Shown here: positions 1 through 9,280 of the stretch, piece by piece
Layout of the letters: each line of letters begins with the position of its first letter
How positions within the stretch are numbered: position 1 is the first letter of the stretch
Assembly (NCBI GenBank): GCA_002328495.1
Contig: DCUJ01000009.1
Coordinates: forward strand, 97,180 to 161,179
Length of the DNA: 64,000 bases
Source of the DNA: Sulfurospirillum sp. UBA2217
Lineage (GTDB): Bacteria > Campylobacterota > Campylobacteria > Campylobacterales > Sulfurospirillaceae
Direction of reading: 5' to 3'
The notes under the pieces: generated by a model
The model's database searches: none
Seen by the model: the letters and a program-made list of their open reading frames with translations, nothing else
What the model was told of the DNA's origin: nothing
Position numbers and translations under genes: made by a program

Positions 1-1730
1 GAGGCTTCATAAATAGCTTCAAATGTTCCAAGTGTTGCGAGTAGCTTTTTTAAGATAGCGTGACCAATTCCTTTGGATGCTAAGAGATTCATCTGTAAAT
101 CATGGCTTCTTTTTTTCTTTTGATGGTAGGCAATGGCAAAACGGTGTGCTTCATCGCGTAAACGTTGGAGAAATTGCAAACGTTTATCACTTGTGGGAAG
201 AGTGAAACAATGCGTACCGTGCCACACACGATCGTTTGCACTGCCTTTGGCACGGTGTGCTTTAGCATCAATTTTTTCTTTGGCAATGGCTAATACAGGG
301 AGGTCATACTGATGCGCTTTTAATAGAGTATGAGCAAGGATTAAGAGGGTTTCACCTCCATCTAAAAGCCACATATCAGGTGGTGGTTCTTTGTCAAAAT
401 CACCCATTCTTCGCTCAAGCATCTCTTTCATCTGAGCGTATTCATCCTTGTGATGTAACGCATAGCGGCGATACGAGGCTTTTTGAAATCCATTTTCCCA
501 AACCACCATAGCCCCCACAGGACTCTCTCCTCCTAAGTGTGAATTGTCAAAAACTTCGATGCGAGAAGGTGTGTGATGCAGGTCAAATAAGGTACAAAGC
601 GATTCACACACATTTTCAGTGCTTTTTGAACGCATGGATTCTAAAAGGGTGAATGCATTTTCTTGTGCTATTTGCGTCAAATAATATTTTTCACCTCGTT
701 TTGGAATACTAATGTCTATTTTCTGAGCAAACTTTTTGCTTAAGAAGTGTTCCATCTCTTTGTGGTCATTAAAATGTTCTGCTACTAAAATATGGTGAGC
801 AACACTTTGATGCATAGGGTTGTAAAATTCAAATAAAGCACGTTGGTACAGCTCGTCTTTATCAAATCCATAGGCATTGTTTACAATAGAATGTGATGTT
901 GAAACGATTTTGCCCTCACGCACAAACAGACGCATAATGCTTGCCATCTTGCCTTCAATAGCAAGCGCAAAAACATCGTAATTTTCCAAACTCAGAAGCT
1001 CGACATGCGTTACATGTAAGGTTTGTTTCAAATGGTTTAAAATATCTCGTAAAATAACAGCTTCTTCAAAATTGAGTTTAAGAGACGCCGCGTGCATTTT
1101 AGCGTTTAATGAAGCAATCAGTGTTCGTGGTTCACGCAATGCCACAAGGGCTTCTTGGACAATGTGTGCATACGCTTGGGGTTCTATTTTCCCTTCACAC
1201 GGGGCTAAACACCGTTTGATTTGGTAAAAAAGACAGGCTTTTTTACCTTGGACGCATCGGCGTTTTTGTACCAAAGGAAATACAAGATATAGAGCATCCA
1301 AGAGGGCTTTGGCTGAGCTTGAGAAAGGTCCAAAATAGCGTCTATTTTTATCATCAATCACTTTACGTGTTATCTCAAAACGCGGGAAACTCTCTGCGAG
1401 ATTGATGGTGATATACGGGTACGTTTTATCGTCACGTAGAAGGATATTATATTTTGGTTTTAATTGTTTGATGAGGGAGTTTTCTAAGATCAGAGCGTCG
1501 TGTTCGCTTTGGACGACAACATACTCTATGCGGTGTATTTCCAAAACCATTTTGTGAATACGGGATGATAAAGTGGGGGCTGGGCTTGGAGGAGTTGTGA
1601 GGCGAAAGTAACTTTTGACACGGTTTTTAAGGACTTTAGCTTTTCCCACGTACAATAACATACCAGTATGGTCGAAAAATTGGTAAATCCCAGCACTTTG
1701 TGGGGCATTTCTAAGCTGTTGGGTGATCAT
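1..1730 (-). CDS. uvrC: Excinuclease ABC subunit C (3' end runs off the left edge; not in the ORF track)
   Basis: Manual translation from ATG at 1730 gives MITQQLRNAPQSAGIYQFFD...LYVGKAKVLKNRVKSYF (GIY-YIG). The same frame carries ENSLIKQLKPKYNILLRDDKTYPYI and, near the left edge, LRDEAHRFAI...KGIG (HhH). Confidence 0.97.
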   Translation of the reverse strand, partial: MITQQLRNAPQSAGIYQFFDHTGMLLYVGKAKVLKNRVKSYFRLTTPPSPAPTLSSRIHKMVLEIHRIEYVVVQSEHDALILENSLIKQLKPKYNILLRDDKTYPYITINLAESFPRFEITRKVIDDKNRRYFGPFSSSAKALLDALYLVFPLVQKRRCVQGKKACLFYQIKRCLAPCEGKIEPQAYAHIVQEALVALREPRTLIASLNAKMHAASLKLNFEEAVILRDILNHLKQTLHVTHVELLSLENYDVFALAIEGKMASIMRLFVREGKIVSTSHSIVNNAYGFDKDELYQRALFEFYNPMHQSVAHHILVAEHFNDHKEMEHFLSKKFAQKIDISIPKRGEKYYLTQIAQENAFTLLESMRSKSTENVCESLCTLFDLHHTPSRIEVFDNSHLGGESPVGAMVVWENGFQKASYRRYALHHKDEYAQMKEMLERRMGDFDKEPPPDMWLLDGGETLLILAHTLLKAHQYDLPVLAIAKEKIDAKAHRAKGSANDRVWHGTHCFTLPTSDKRLQFLQRLRDEAHRFAIAYHQKKKRSHDLQMNLLASKGIGHAILKKLLATLGTFEAIYEA

Positions 1731-2169
1731 GGTGTGTTGAAATTGTCTCTTTGATGGCTTCAAAAAGAGCATTTAATTTTGGGTCTTGGCACGTGTTAGC
1801 AAAGCATCCGCTTGCTCTTTCTGTGTATGTGATGGGTGATGTCGATGGGGTGGGTGTCTCTTTTTCTATTTGGTTCGTGACAAAACTTTGAATTTCTTTT
1901 ACATGTAAGCACTCACACTCTGGGAAATGGATAATAATTTGGCTTAATAGACTCTTTATTAAACTCCGTTTATAATTGAATTCCATTTTGCCAGCGGGAT
2001 GTGAGAGCACAAAAAAGAGTGTCTCATTTTTCGTATAGACAAATCGAACGAGCGTTGTAAAACTTTTAGGAAGCAAACCAAGCAATCGTTCAAAACAGCG
2101 CAAGTGCGCAAATTTTTTCATAGAAGGGTCTTGTACCAAATGAGATATTATACTTTTAGCGTCTTTCAT
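1711..2169 (-). CDS. Conserved hypothetical protein, Cj1247c-like; possible DUF721/DciA-like domain
   Basis: 152-aa ORF overlapping the uvrC start, in the position of the C. jejuni hypothetical gene upstream of uvrC. The LFFVLSHPAGKMEFNY segment resembles DUF721. Confidence 0.75.
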   Translation of the reverse strand: MKDAKSIISHLVQDPSMKKFAHLRCFERLLGLLPKSFTTLVRFVYTKNETLFFVLSHPAGKMEFNYKRSLIKSLLSQIIIHFPECECLHVKEIQSFVTNQIEKETPTPSTSPITYTERASGCFANTCQDPKLNALFEAIKETISTHHDHPTA

Positions 2170-2175
2170 GTGTTG

Positions 2176-2184
2176 ATTATAGCA
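2176..2184 (-). promoter_or_regulatory. Extended -10 promoter (TGcTATAAT) of the Cj1247-like/uvrC operon
   Basis: Minus strand reads TGCTATAAT-caacac-ATG(2169), with no Shine-Dalgarno. Confidence 0.75.
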
Positions 2185-2284
2185 TGTTTAGGCTTTAGCA
2201 TTTTAGGCTGTGGTTACAAAGGTTCTCCTGTTTATAAAGAGACATCTTCTTCTGTTAAAACTCCTAGTAAGAGTTAATTACGGT

Positions 2285-3739
2285 ATGAAAACATCGTACG
2301 ATGTCGTTATCGTTGGCACGGGTATTGCAGGGCTTCATTGCGCTTTGAACTTACCCAAACACTTAAGTGTGCTTCTTGTTGCCAAAGATTACGCTTGGGA
2401 ATGTAACACCTTTTATGCCCAAGGAGGCGTTGCTGTTGCCAAAGATGAAGCGGATATTGCTTTACATGTAAGCGATACGCTTCATGCGGGAGCAGGGCAT
2501 TGCGTCAAAGAAGCGGTGGATGTGTTGTGCTCCGAGGGACCCAAAGCCATTGCTTCATTGATTAAAAGAGGATTTTGCTTTGATAGCGATGAAAAGGGAG
2601 ACCTTTTATACACCAAAGAAGCAGCACACAGCACCCATCGCATTTTGCATGCAGGCGGTGATGCCACGGGTCGACACATTCATCTGTTTATGATGCAACA
2701 TCTCCCTTTTCCCATTTTATACAATACCCAAGTGACAGATTTATTGATGCATGAAAACACCTGTTATGGCGTTCGTGTATTACACGCAGGAGATATAATT
2801 AATCTTTATGGCAAAAAAGTGGTCATTGCTAGTGGTGGGGTGGGCTCTTTGTATGAGTACCATACGAATGCACGCACCATTAGTGCCGATATGCAAGGTA
2901 TGTGTTTGAGTCATAGCATAGAGCTTGCCGATATGGAGATGATGCAGTTTCATCCTACCGCATTTGTTTTAGGCACCGCGGTGCGTAAACAGTTGCTCAG
3001 CGAATCTTTGCGAGGGGAGGGTGCAAAGGTTGTGGATGATGAGGGCAGACGTTTTGTGTTTGATTATCACCCTGATGGTGAGTTGGCACCTCGTGATGTG
3101 GTGAGTCGTGCTATTTTCGATTATAAGCAAAAAAGTGGCAAAGAGGTTTATTTGGATGTGAGTGATTTTGAAGAGAGTCATTTTCAAAAGCGCTTTCCAA
3201 GCATCTATTTTAATATGAAAAATATCGGTTACAATCTCCCCTCAGAACGTATTCCCATCTCTCCCGCCTTTCACTACTCCATGGGAGGTATTCGTACCAC
3301 TATGAATGGCGAAGTGTTACATGTAAAGCATTTGTATGCCATAGGTGAAGCGGCACATACGGGTGTGCATGGAGCAAATCGCTTGGCGAGTAATTCGCTC
3401 TTAGAAGGATTGGTTTTTTCGTACAGAGCAGCTTTAGATATTCAAGCGACGCTTTCAAACGCATCTTCAGTTATCTCCTTTTCAGAAAAAGAGGCTATAC
3501 TTATTTGCGAAGGCGATAAAATTCTCAAAAATGAACTGCGTCATTTGATGTGGTGTCACGCAGGAATCGTACGCAATGAGCAAAACTTGCAGTTTGCACG
3601 CAAACGGGTAAAAGAAATGCTAGAATTGCCCATTGGAAAATTGTTACGCTTAAGGCTTTTAGTTTCACAAGAGATTATTCAAAGTGCATTAAAACGAAAA
3701 GCGTCATTAGGCGCACATTTCATACAAAAGAGGAGTTGA
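2285..3739 (+). CDS. nadB: L-aspartate oxidase
   Basis: DVVIVGTGIAGL FAD-binding motif, TFYAQGGVA, EAAHSTHRILHAGGDATG, QFHPT, LAPRDVVSRAI, HYSMGG, GVHGANRLASNSLLEGLVF. Start moved to MKTSYD at 2285. Confidence 0.97.
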   Translation: MKTSYDVVIVGTGIAGLHCALNLPKHLSVLLVAKDYAWECNTFYAQGGVAVAKDEADIALHVSDTLHAGAGHCVKEAVDVLCSEGPKAIASLIKRGFCFDSDEKGDLLYTKEAAHSTHRILHAGGDATGRHIHLFMMQHLPFPILYNTQVTDLLMHENTCYGVRVLHAGDIINLYGKKVVIASGGVGSLYEYHTNARTISADMQGMCLSHSIELADMEMMQFHPTAFVLGTAVRKQLLSESLRGEGAKVVDDEGRRFVFDYHPDGELAPRDVVSRAIFDYKQKSGKEVYLDVSDFEESHFQKRFPSIYFNMKNIGYNLPSERIPISPAFHYSMGGIRTTMNGEVLHVKHLYAIGEAAHTGVHGANRLASNSLLEGLVFSYRAALDIQATLSNASSVISFSEKEAILICEGDKILKNELRHLMWCHAGIVRNEQNLQFARKRVKEMLELPIGKLLRLRLLVSQEIIQSALKRKASLGAHFIQKRS

Positions 3740-3743
3740 GTCG

Positions 3744-5096
3744 ATGAAGGTATTATTGGTGTTGTTGGCATTCGTCAACACGATTTGGGCAGCTGGAGGG
3801 GGTCAAGACTTGACAACTTCGTGGATTGGTCTTGTTTGTTTGGTTATTTTTGTGGTGGGTTACTATGCGGTAGCCGCTGAGGAGCATTATCATATCAATA
3901 AAGCAAAACCGGCTTTATTTATGGGTACCTTTATGTTTGTCTTGATTGGTATTTACTACGCTATCAATGGGATGGATGCAACGGGTTTACGTTCAGAAGT
4001 TCAACATCTTATCTTAGAAATCTCTGAGATTTTTTTCTTCTTGTTGGTGGCGATGACCTATATTGAAGTGTTAATTGAGCGTCGTGTGTTTGATACGCTC
4101 AAATACAACCTTGTTTCCAAAGGCTACAGTTATAAAAAACTCTTTTGGATGACAGGTTTTATAGCCTTTTTTCTAAGTCCTGTTGCCGATAACTTAACGA
4201 CAGCGTTGATTCTTTCAACGGTTTTAATTACGATTGAAAAAGAAAACAAAAGCTTCTTGGTTCCTGGAGCTATAAACATTGTTGTAGCAGCCAATGCAGG
4301 TGGTGCATGGAGTCCGTTTGGTGACATTACCACGTTGATGGCATGGATGGCAGGTAAAGCGCCTTTTATTGACTTCTTTTATCTTTTCCCCGCTTCGATT
4401 ATCGGTTGGGCTCTCACTGCATGGTTATTATCCCTTTACGTGCCAGCAGATAAACCTCACTTTGATGTCTCTACAGAGAAAAAAGTTACGATTTTAACAG
4501 GTGGTAAAGTGGTTATTGCCTTAGGTGTTACAACCATTGCTTCAGCTGTTTTGTCACAACAAGTGCTCAATATTCCTCCTATGTGGGGTATGGTGTTTGG
4601 TTTGTCTTTACTTAAATTGTACAGTTATCGCTTGAAGCGCAAACAAGGTCAGGAACTTAGTACGTTTAAAGCCATCGGTAAAATAGAACACGATACTTTG
4701 CTCTTTTTCTTTGGTATTTTAGCTGCTGTTGGTGCATTACACTTTTTGGGCTATTTAGGGCTTGCTGTAAAGCTGTACGATACGTTAGGCCCAACCACGG
4801 TCAATATTGGGGTTGGATTTTTATCGGCCATCGTGGATAACGTACCGGTCATGAGTGCTGTTTTAAAATCAAATCCAGATATGGGAATGGATCAGTGGCT
4901 ACTGGTTACCTTGACTGCTGGAATTGGTGGTAGTTTAATTAGCTTTGGTTCGGCTGCAGGTGTAGGTGTTATGGGAAAACTAAGAGGTATTTATACCTTT
5001 GGTTCTCATATGAAATATTCGTGGACGGTTCTTGTGGGATACATCCTTTCATTAATTGTTTGGTATGTTCAGTTTGAGATTTTAGGTTTTTATTAA
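3744..5096 (+). CDS. nhaD: Na+/H+ antiporter, NhaD family
   Basis: Polytopic membrane protein with AEE...NKAKPAL, DNLTTAL, VVAANAGGAWSPFGDITTLM, SAIVDNVP and AGIGGSLISFGSAAGV. Confidence 0.9.
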   Translation: MKVLLVLLAFVNTIWAAGGGQDLTTSWIGLVCLVIFVVGYYAVAAEEHYHINKAKPALFMGTFMFVLIGIYYAINGMDATGLRSEVQHLILEISEIFFFLLVAMTYIEVLIERRVFDTLKYNLVSKGYSYKKLFWMTGFIAFFLSPVADNLTTALILSTVLITIEKENKSFLVPGAINIVVAANAGGAWSPFGDITTLMAWMAGKAPFIDFFYLFPASIIGWALTAWLLSLYVPADKPHFDVSTEKKVTILTGGKVVIALGVTTIASAVLSQQVLNIPPMWGMVFGLSLLKLYSYRLKRKQGQELSTFKAIGKIEHDTLLFFFGILAAVGALHFLGYLGLAVKLYDTLGPTTVNIGVGFLSAIVDNVPVMSAVLKSNPDMGMDQWLLVTLTAGIGGSLISFGSAAGVGVMGKLRGIYTFGSHMKYSWTVLVGYILSLIVWYVQFEILGFY

Positions 5097-5123
5097 TAGT
5101 TTTGGTTTACATGTAAAAGGAAA

Positions 5124-6662
5124 ATGATGAAAGAAGTCCCTATTTTAGTCTTAGATTTTGGTTCGCAATACACTCAGTTGATTGCACGCAAATTACGAGA
5201 GAGTGGTGTGTATTGTGAGATTGTACCTTACAACGAGAAAATTGAAGATATCAAAAAGAGAAACCCTAAAGGAATCATTCTTAGTGGTGGTCCTGCATCG
5301 GTGTATGCAAAAGACTCCTACCACCCTGATGAGGCGGTGTATGCATTGGGACTTCCGATTTTAGGCATTTGTTATGGGATGCAACTTTTAACCCAACATT
5401 TTGGGGGAAGTGTCATCCCTGCAACGCATCAAGAATATGGCAAAGCAGAACTTCAATTTGAAAGCGACCCTAAAATTTTCAAAGACACCAAATGCGGACA
5501 AATTGTTTGGATGAGCCATGGGGATAGAGTAGAAGCGTTGCCAAAAGGTTTTGAGAAAATCGGTTACAGTGAAAATTCACCGTATGCGGCTATTGCCGAT
5601 GAAAAACGCAATATGTACGCATTTCAATTTCACCCAGAAGTTTACCACTCAGAACAAGGAAGCAAACTCTTAAAGAATTTTGCAAAATACATCTGTGGCT
5701 GTGAAAGTACATGGAATATGGGCTCGTTTGCTAAAGAACAAATTGCAAAAATAAGAGCACAAGTAGGCGATAAAAAAGTATTATGTGGCGTCAGTGGTGG
5801 TGTAGACAGTTCCGTAGTTGCAACCCTTTTAGCCGAAGCCATTGGCGATAAACTGGTTTCAGTTTTTGTCGACAATGGACTCCTTCGTGCCAATGAGAGA
5901 GAACAAGTCGAAGCGATGTTTAAACAACGTGGTGTTCCTTTAATCACGGTGGATGCGAGTGAGCAGTTTTTAAGTCGTCTAAATGGGATCACTGACCCTG
6001 AGATGAAGCGAAAAATTATTGGTGAAACTTTTATTCAAGTCTTTGATGAAGAGGCTAAAAAGCACGATGGAATCCAGTTTTTAGCGCAAGGGACACTTTA
6101 CACCGATGTTATCGAATCGGTTTCGGTTAAAGGCCCTTCAAAAACCATTAAATCGCATCACAATGTTGGAGGCTTGCCTGATTGGATGACGTTTGAGCTC
6201 ATTGAGCCTCTTCGTGAAATTTTCAAAGATGAAGTGCGCATTTTAGGAGCAGAACTAGGGCTTCCAAAAGAGATGTTGGGTCGTCATCCATTCCCAGGTC
6301 CTGGTCTTGCGATTCGTATTATGGGGGAAGTGACAAAAGACGATTTAAAACTTCTTAGAGCCGCCGATGTGATTATGCTTGAAGAGCTTCGTGCGACAGG
6401 CTATTATGATAAAACATGGCAAGCCTTTACCGTACTATTAAACGTCAAAAGTGTTGGTGTTATGGGCGATAACCGAACGTATGACAACACCATATGTGTG
6501 AGAATCGTGGATGCTACCGATGGAATGACTGCTACATTTGCACACATTCCTCATACGATTTTGGAAAATATTAGCAGACGTATTATCAATGAGGTCAATG
6601 GCATTAACCGTGTCGTGTATGATATCTCTTCAAAACCACCTGCAACGATTGAATGGGAATAA
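5124..6662 (+). CDS. guaA: GMP synthase (glutamine-hydrolysing)
   Basis: [55 protein letters not shown]. Confidence 0.99.
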   Translation: MMKEVPILVLDFGSQYTQLIARKLRESGVYCEIVPYNEKIEDIKKRNPKGIILSGGPASVYAKDSYHPDEAVYALGLPILGICYGMQLLTQHFGGSVIPATHQEYGKAELQFESDPKIFKDTKCGQIVWMSHGDRVEALPKGFEKIGYSENSPYAAIADEKRNMYAFQFHPEVYHSEQGSKLLKNFAKYICGCESTWNMGSFAKEQIAKIRAQVGDKKVLCGVSGGVDSSVVATLLAEAIGDKLVSVFVDNGLLRANEREQVEAMFKQRGVPLITVDASEQFLSRLNGITDPEMKRKIIGETFIQVFDEEAKKHDGIQFLAQGTLYTDVIESVSVKGPSKTIKSHHNVGGLPDWMTFELIEPLREIFKDEVRILGAELGLPKEMLGRHPFPGPGLAIRIMGEVTKDDLKLLRAADVIMLEELRATGYYDKTWQAFTVLLNVKSVGVMGDNRTYDNTICVRIVDATDGMTATFAHIPHTILENISRRIINEVNGINRVVYDISSKPPATIEWE

Positions 6663-7303
6663 TGCAGACACCTATCTACCTCTTCAGCGATCAAACGTAT
6701 GAAGGGGTAGTTTCCTTACCTCTTTTTGAAATTCTTTTTCTCCCCTTTGGAGTTGACATTAGCCCTTTTGATGCTCTCATCTTTACCTCTAAAAGCAGTG
6801 TTAAAGCACTTGAACAAAGTCATATACCATGGCACAATAAGCGTTGTTATGCCATTGGTGAAGGCACGGCAAAAGCTATTGAAGATGCAGGGGCACAGGT
6901 ATTCTTTACATGTAAAGAATCGTATGGAGATGTATTTGCCCGTGAGCTTGCCCCAATGTTGGGGGGAAAAAAAGTTTTTTTCCCCCGTGCGAAAGAAGTT
7001 GTTTCCCCGTTGTATGAGATTTTATGTGAGGCAGGCATTGATATAATCCAAGCAGTAGTGTATGAAACTGTGTGTCGTTCTTACCCACTCCATGAAGCAC
7101 CTCCTTCTGAAGCCCTTTTGATTTTTGCATCTCCCTCTACAGTGCACTGTTTTTGTAAGAATTTTACGTGGGATGTGAGCTATAAAGCCATTGCTATTGG
7201 TAAAAAAACAGCAGCCGTTTTACCTTCACATGTAAAGGTTTTTTTAGCAGAAAAACAGACGATTGCTTCGTGTATTGATTTGGCAAAGCAAATTAGAAGC
7301 TAA
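6662..7303 (+). CDS. hemD: Uroporphyrinogen-III synthase
   Basis: LIFTSKSSV, YAIGEGTA, VVYET, IFASPSTV, IAIGKKTA. TAATG coupling with the guaA stop. Confidence 0.88.
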   Translation: MQTPIYLFSDQTYEGVVSLPLFEILFLPFGVDISPFDALIFTSKSSVKALEQSHIPWHNKRCYAIGEGTAKAIEDAGAQVFFTCKESYGDVFARELAPMLGGKKVFFPRAKEVVSPLYEILCEAGIDIIQAVVYETVCRSYPLHEAPPSEALLIFASPSTVHCFCKNFTWDVSYKAIAIGKKTAAVLPSHVKVFLAEKQTIASCIDLAKQIRS

Positions 7304-7310
7304 AATTATC

Positions 7311-7316
7311 TATAAT
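7311..7316 (+). promoter_or_regulatory. -10 box upstream of 6S RNA/purD
   Basis: TATAAT at 7311-7316. Confidence 0.6.
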
Positions 7317-7344
7317 TAATTCACTTGACATTACGTCATTGATT

Positions 7345-7534
7345 GCCTGGGTGACGCGATAACCGTTTTCATGAGGGTCCAACAATTAGTAAAAGTGGAA
7401 CACGTACGGTTTTGGTGTGTCTGTGGTTTTGTTTGAGCTTTTCACAAAGTGAGAAATTGCAGCCTAAAGAAACAGTCGATTCCCAGAAGTTGGCTTATTT
7501 GGGCCACCTTCAATCACGGAACGCTCACTTGGGT
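7345..7534 (+). ncRNA. ssrS: 6S RNA
   Basis: About 190 nt with long end-to-end pairing (GCCUGGGUGA with UCACUUGGGU; CCGU with ACGG; GGUCCAA with UUGGGCC) around a central bubble. Sits upstream of purD, the known 6S location in Helicobacter and Campylobacter. Confidence 0.85.
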
Positions 7535-7559
7535 TTTAAATTTTTTGGAGAAATAACGT

Positions 7560-8828
7560 ATGAAAGTGATGATTGTTGGTAGCGGAGGAAGAGAATATTC
7601 GATAGGTTTGGCACTGAAAAAAGACCCCAAGGTTAGCGAACTTTTTTTTGCCCCTGGAAACGGAGCAACGCCACAGTTAGGAACAAACGTGAGCTTCCAT
7701 AATTATGAAGCCTTGGCAAGTTTTGCACAAGAACAGAGGGTCGATTTGACCGTTGTTGGTCCTGAAGATGCTTTGGTTGCAGGCATCGTTGATATTTTTA
7801 AATCCAAAGGCTTGGTGATTTTTGGTGCGTCTAAATCGGCTGCTAGACTTGAAGGCTCTAAGATTTTTATGAAAAATTTTCTCTCACGTTATGCTATTCC
7901 CACTGCACGCTTTATTGAAACCTGTGACGCACAAAAAGCGTATGACTTTATCGAAACACTACCCTTGCCTATCGTCGTAAAAGCGGATGGTTTGTGTGCG
8001 GGCAAAGGCGTCATCATCGCACAAAGTAAAGAAGAAGCAAAAGAGGCTGTCAACGATATGTTAAGCGGCAAAAGCTTTGGCGATGCGGGACTGGGTGTTG
8101 TGGTTGAAGAGTTTTTAGATGGTTATGAGCTTTCAGTCTTTGTGATTTGTGACGGAGTCGATTATAAAATCCTCCCAGCAGCACAAGACCATAAGCGCCT
8201 CTTGGACAATGATATAGGCCCTAACACTGGCGGTATGGGTGCGTACGCTCCAACGCCACTCATCGATGAGCTTCTCTATAAAAAAGTGGAAGAGCGTGTG
8301 GTGAGACCAACGTTAAAAGGGATGCAAGATGAAAATGCTCCGTTTGAGGGTGTTTTATTTATCGGTTTGATGGTTGTGAACAATGAGCCGATTGTTTTAG
8401 AATACAATGTGCGTTTTGGTGATCCTGAGTGTGAAATTTTAATGCCCCTTTTAAAGACGCCTGCACGTGAACTTTTTTACAAAGCAGCTACCAAAGATTT
8501 GAAAAACCTTAACATTGAATTTTATAACAAATACGCTATTGCTGTCGTGATGGCGAGTGAAAATTATCCGTATGGAAGTTCAAAACCTTCTGAGATTATC
8601 GTTGATACCTCCGTGCATGAAGGCTTGGAAGATACACACATTTCGTATGCAGGTGTGAGCTTGGAAGAGGGTACATTGTACGCAACAGGTGGACGAGTAC
8701 TTTTGTGCATAGGTGTTGGTGATACTATTAAAGAGGCGAGAGAGCGTGCTTATTTGTTGTGCGGACAGGTGCATTTTGCGGGTAAACAATTCCGAAGTGA
8801 CATTGCATATCAGGCTTTAAAGCAATGA
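7560..8828 (+). CDS. purD: Phosphoribosylamine-glycine ligase
   Basis: [55 protein letters not shown]. Confidence 0.99.
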   Translation: MKVMIVGSGGREYSIGLALKKDPKVSELFFAPGNGATPQLGTNVSFHNYEALASFAQEQRVDLTVVGPEDALVAGIVDIFKSKGLVIFGASKSAARLEGSKIFMKNFLSRYAIPTARFIETCDAQKAYDFIETLPLPIVVKADGLCAGKGVIIAQSKEEAKEAVNDMLSGKSFGDAGLGVVVEEFLDGYELSVFVICDGVDYKILPAAQDHKRLLDNDIGPNTGGMGAYAPTPLIDELLYKKVEERVVRPTLKGMQDENAPFEGVLFIGLMVVNNEPIVLEYNVRFGDPECEILMPLLKTPARELFYKAATKDLKNLNIEFYNKYAIAVVMASENYPYGSSKPSEIIVDTSVHEGLEDTHISYAGVSLEEGTLYATGGRVLLCIGVGDTIKEARERAYLLCGQVHFAGKQFRSDIAYQALKQ

Positions 8829-9280
8829 CCAACGAAGAGTTAATTGAAAAATTTGAAAGTGAAAACATCACGTTAGCTTCTGTGCGCAAAAGAAGTTTAG
8901 CATACATTATTGATGAGATTTTAATTTCACTGCTGTTTATTTTTATCTATCTTGACCAAATTCCTCAAGATGCTACGACCGAGCAGACCATTGGTATTAT
9001 TAACAGTATGGTGATGTATGTGATGATTTTAAAAGTGGTCTATCAAACCTTTTTTGTGTGGATGTACGGTGCAACTTTGGGACGAATAGCAATGAAAATC
9101 AAGGTTATTTCAACGCAAGATTTAGAAAATCCAACACCGCTTTTATCTCTCACCAGAGCCTCCTTTCGTATTGTCAGTGAATCACTTTTTTATTTAGGAT
9201 TTGTATGGGCGATGCTCAATCCAAAACGGGAAACATGGCATGATAAAGTTGCAAGTACATTGGTTGTCAATGCTGGGTAA
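8825..9280 (+). CDS. RDD family membrane protein
   Basis: [13 protein letters not shown]...GATLGR...[11 protein letters not shown] (RDD signature). Confidence 0.92.
   Translation: MTNEELIEKFESENITLASVRKRSLAYIIDEILISLLFIFIYLDQIPQDATTEQTIGIINSMVMYVMILKVVYQTFFVWMYGATLGRIAMKIKVISTQDLENPTPLLSLTRASFRIVSESLFYLGFVWAMLNPKRETWHDKVASTLVVNAG

Noticed and set aside
89-286. 65-aa minus-strand ORF, and the 60-aa ORF at 1526-1708
   Set aside because: Both are out-of-frame shadows within uvrC, which the track missed because it has no stop codon inside the window.
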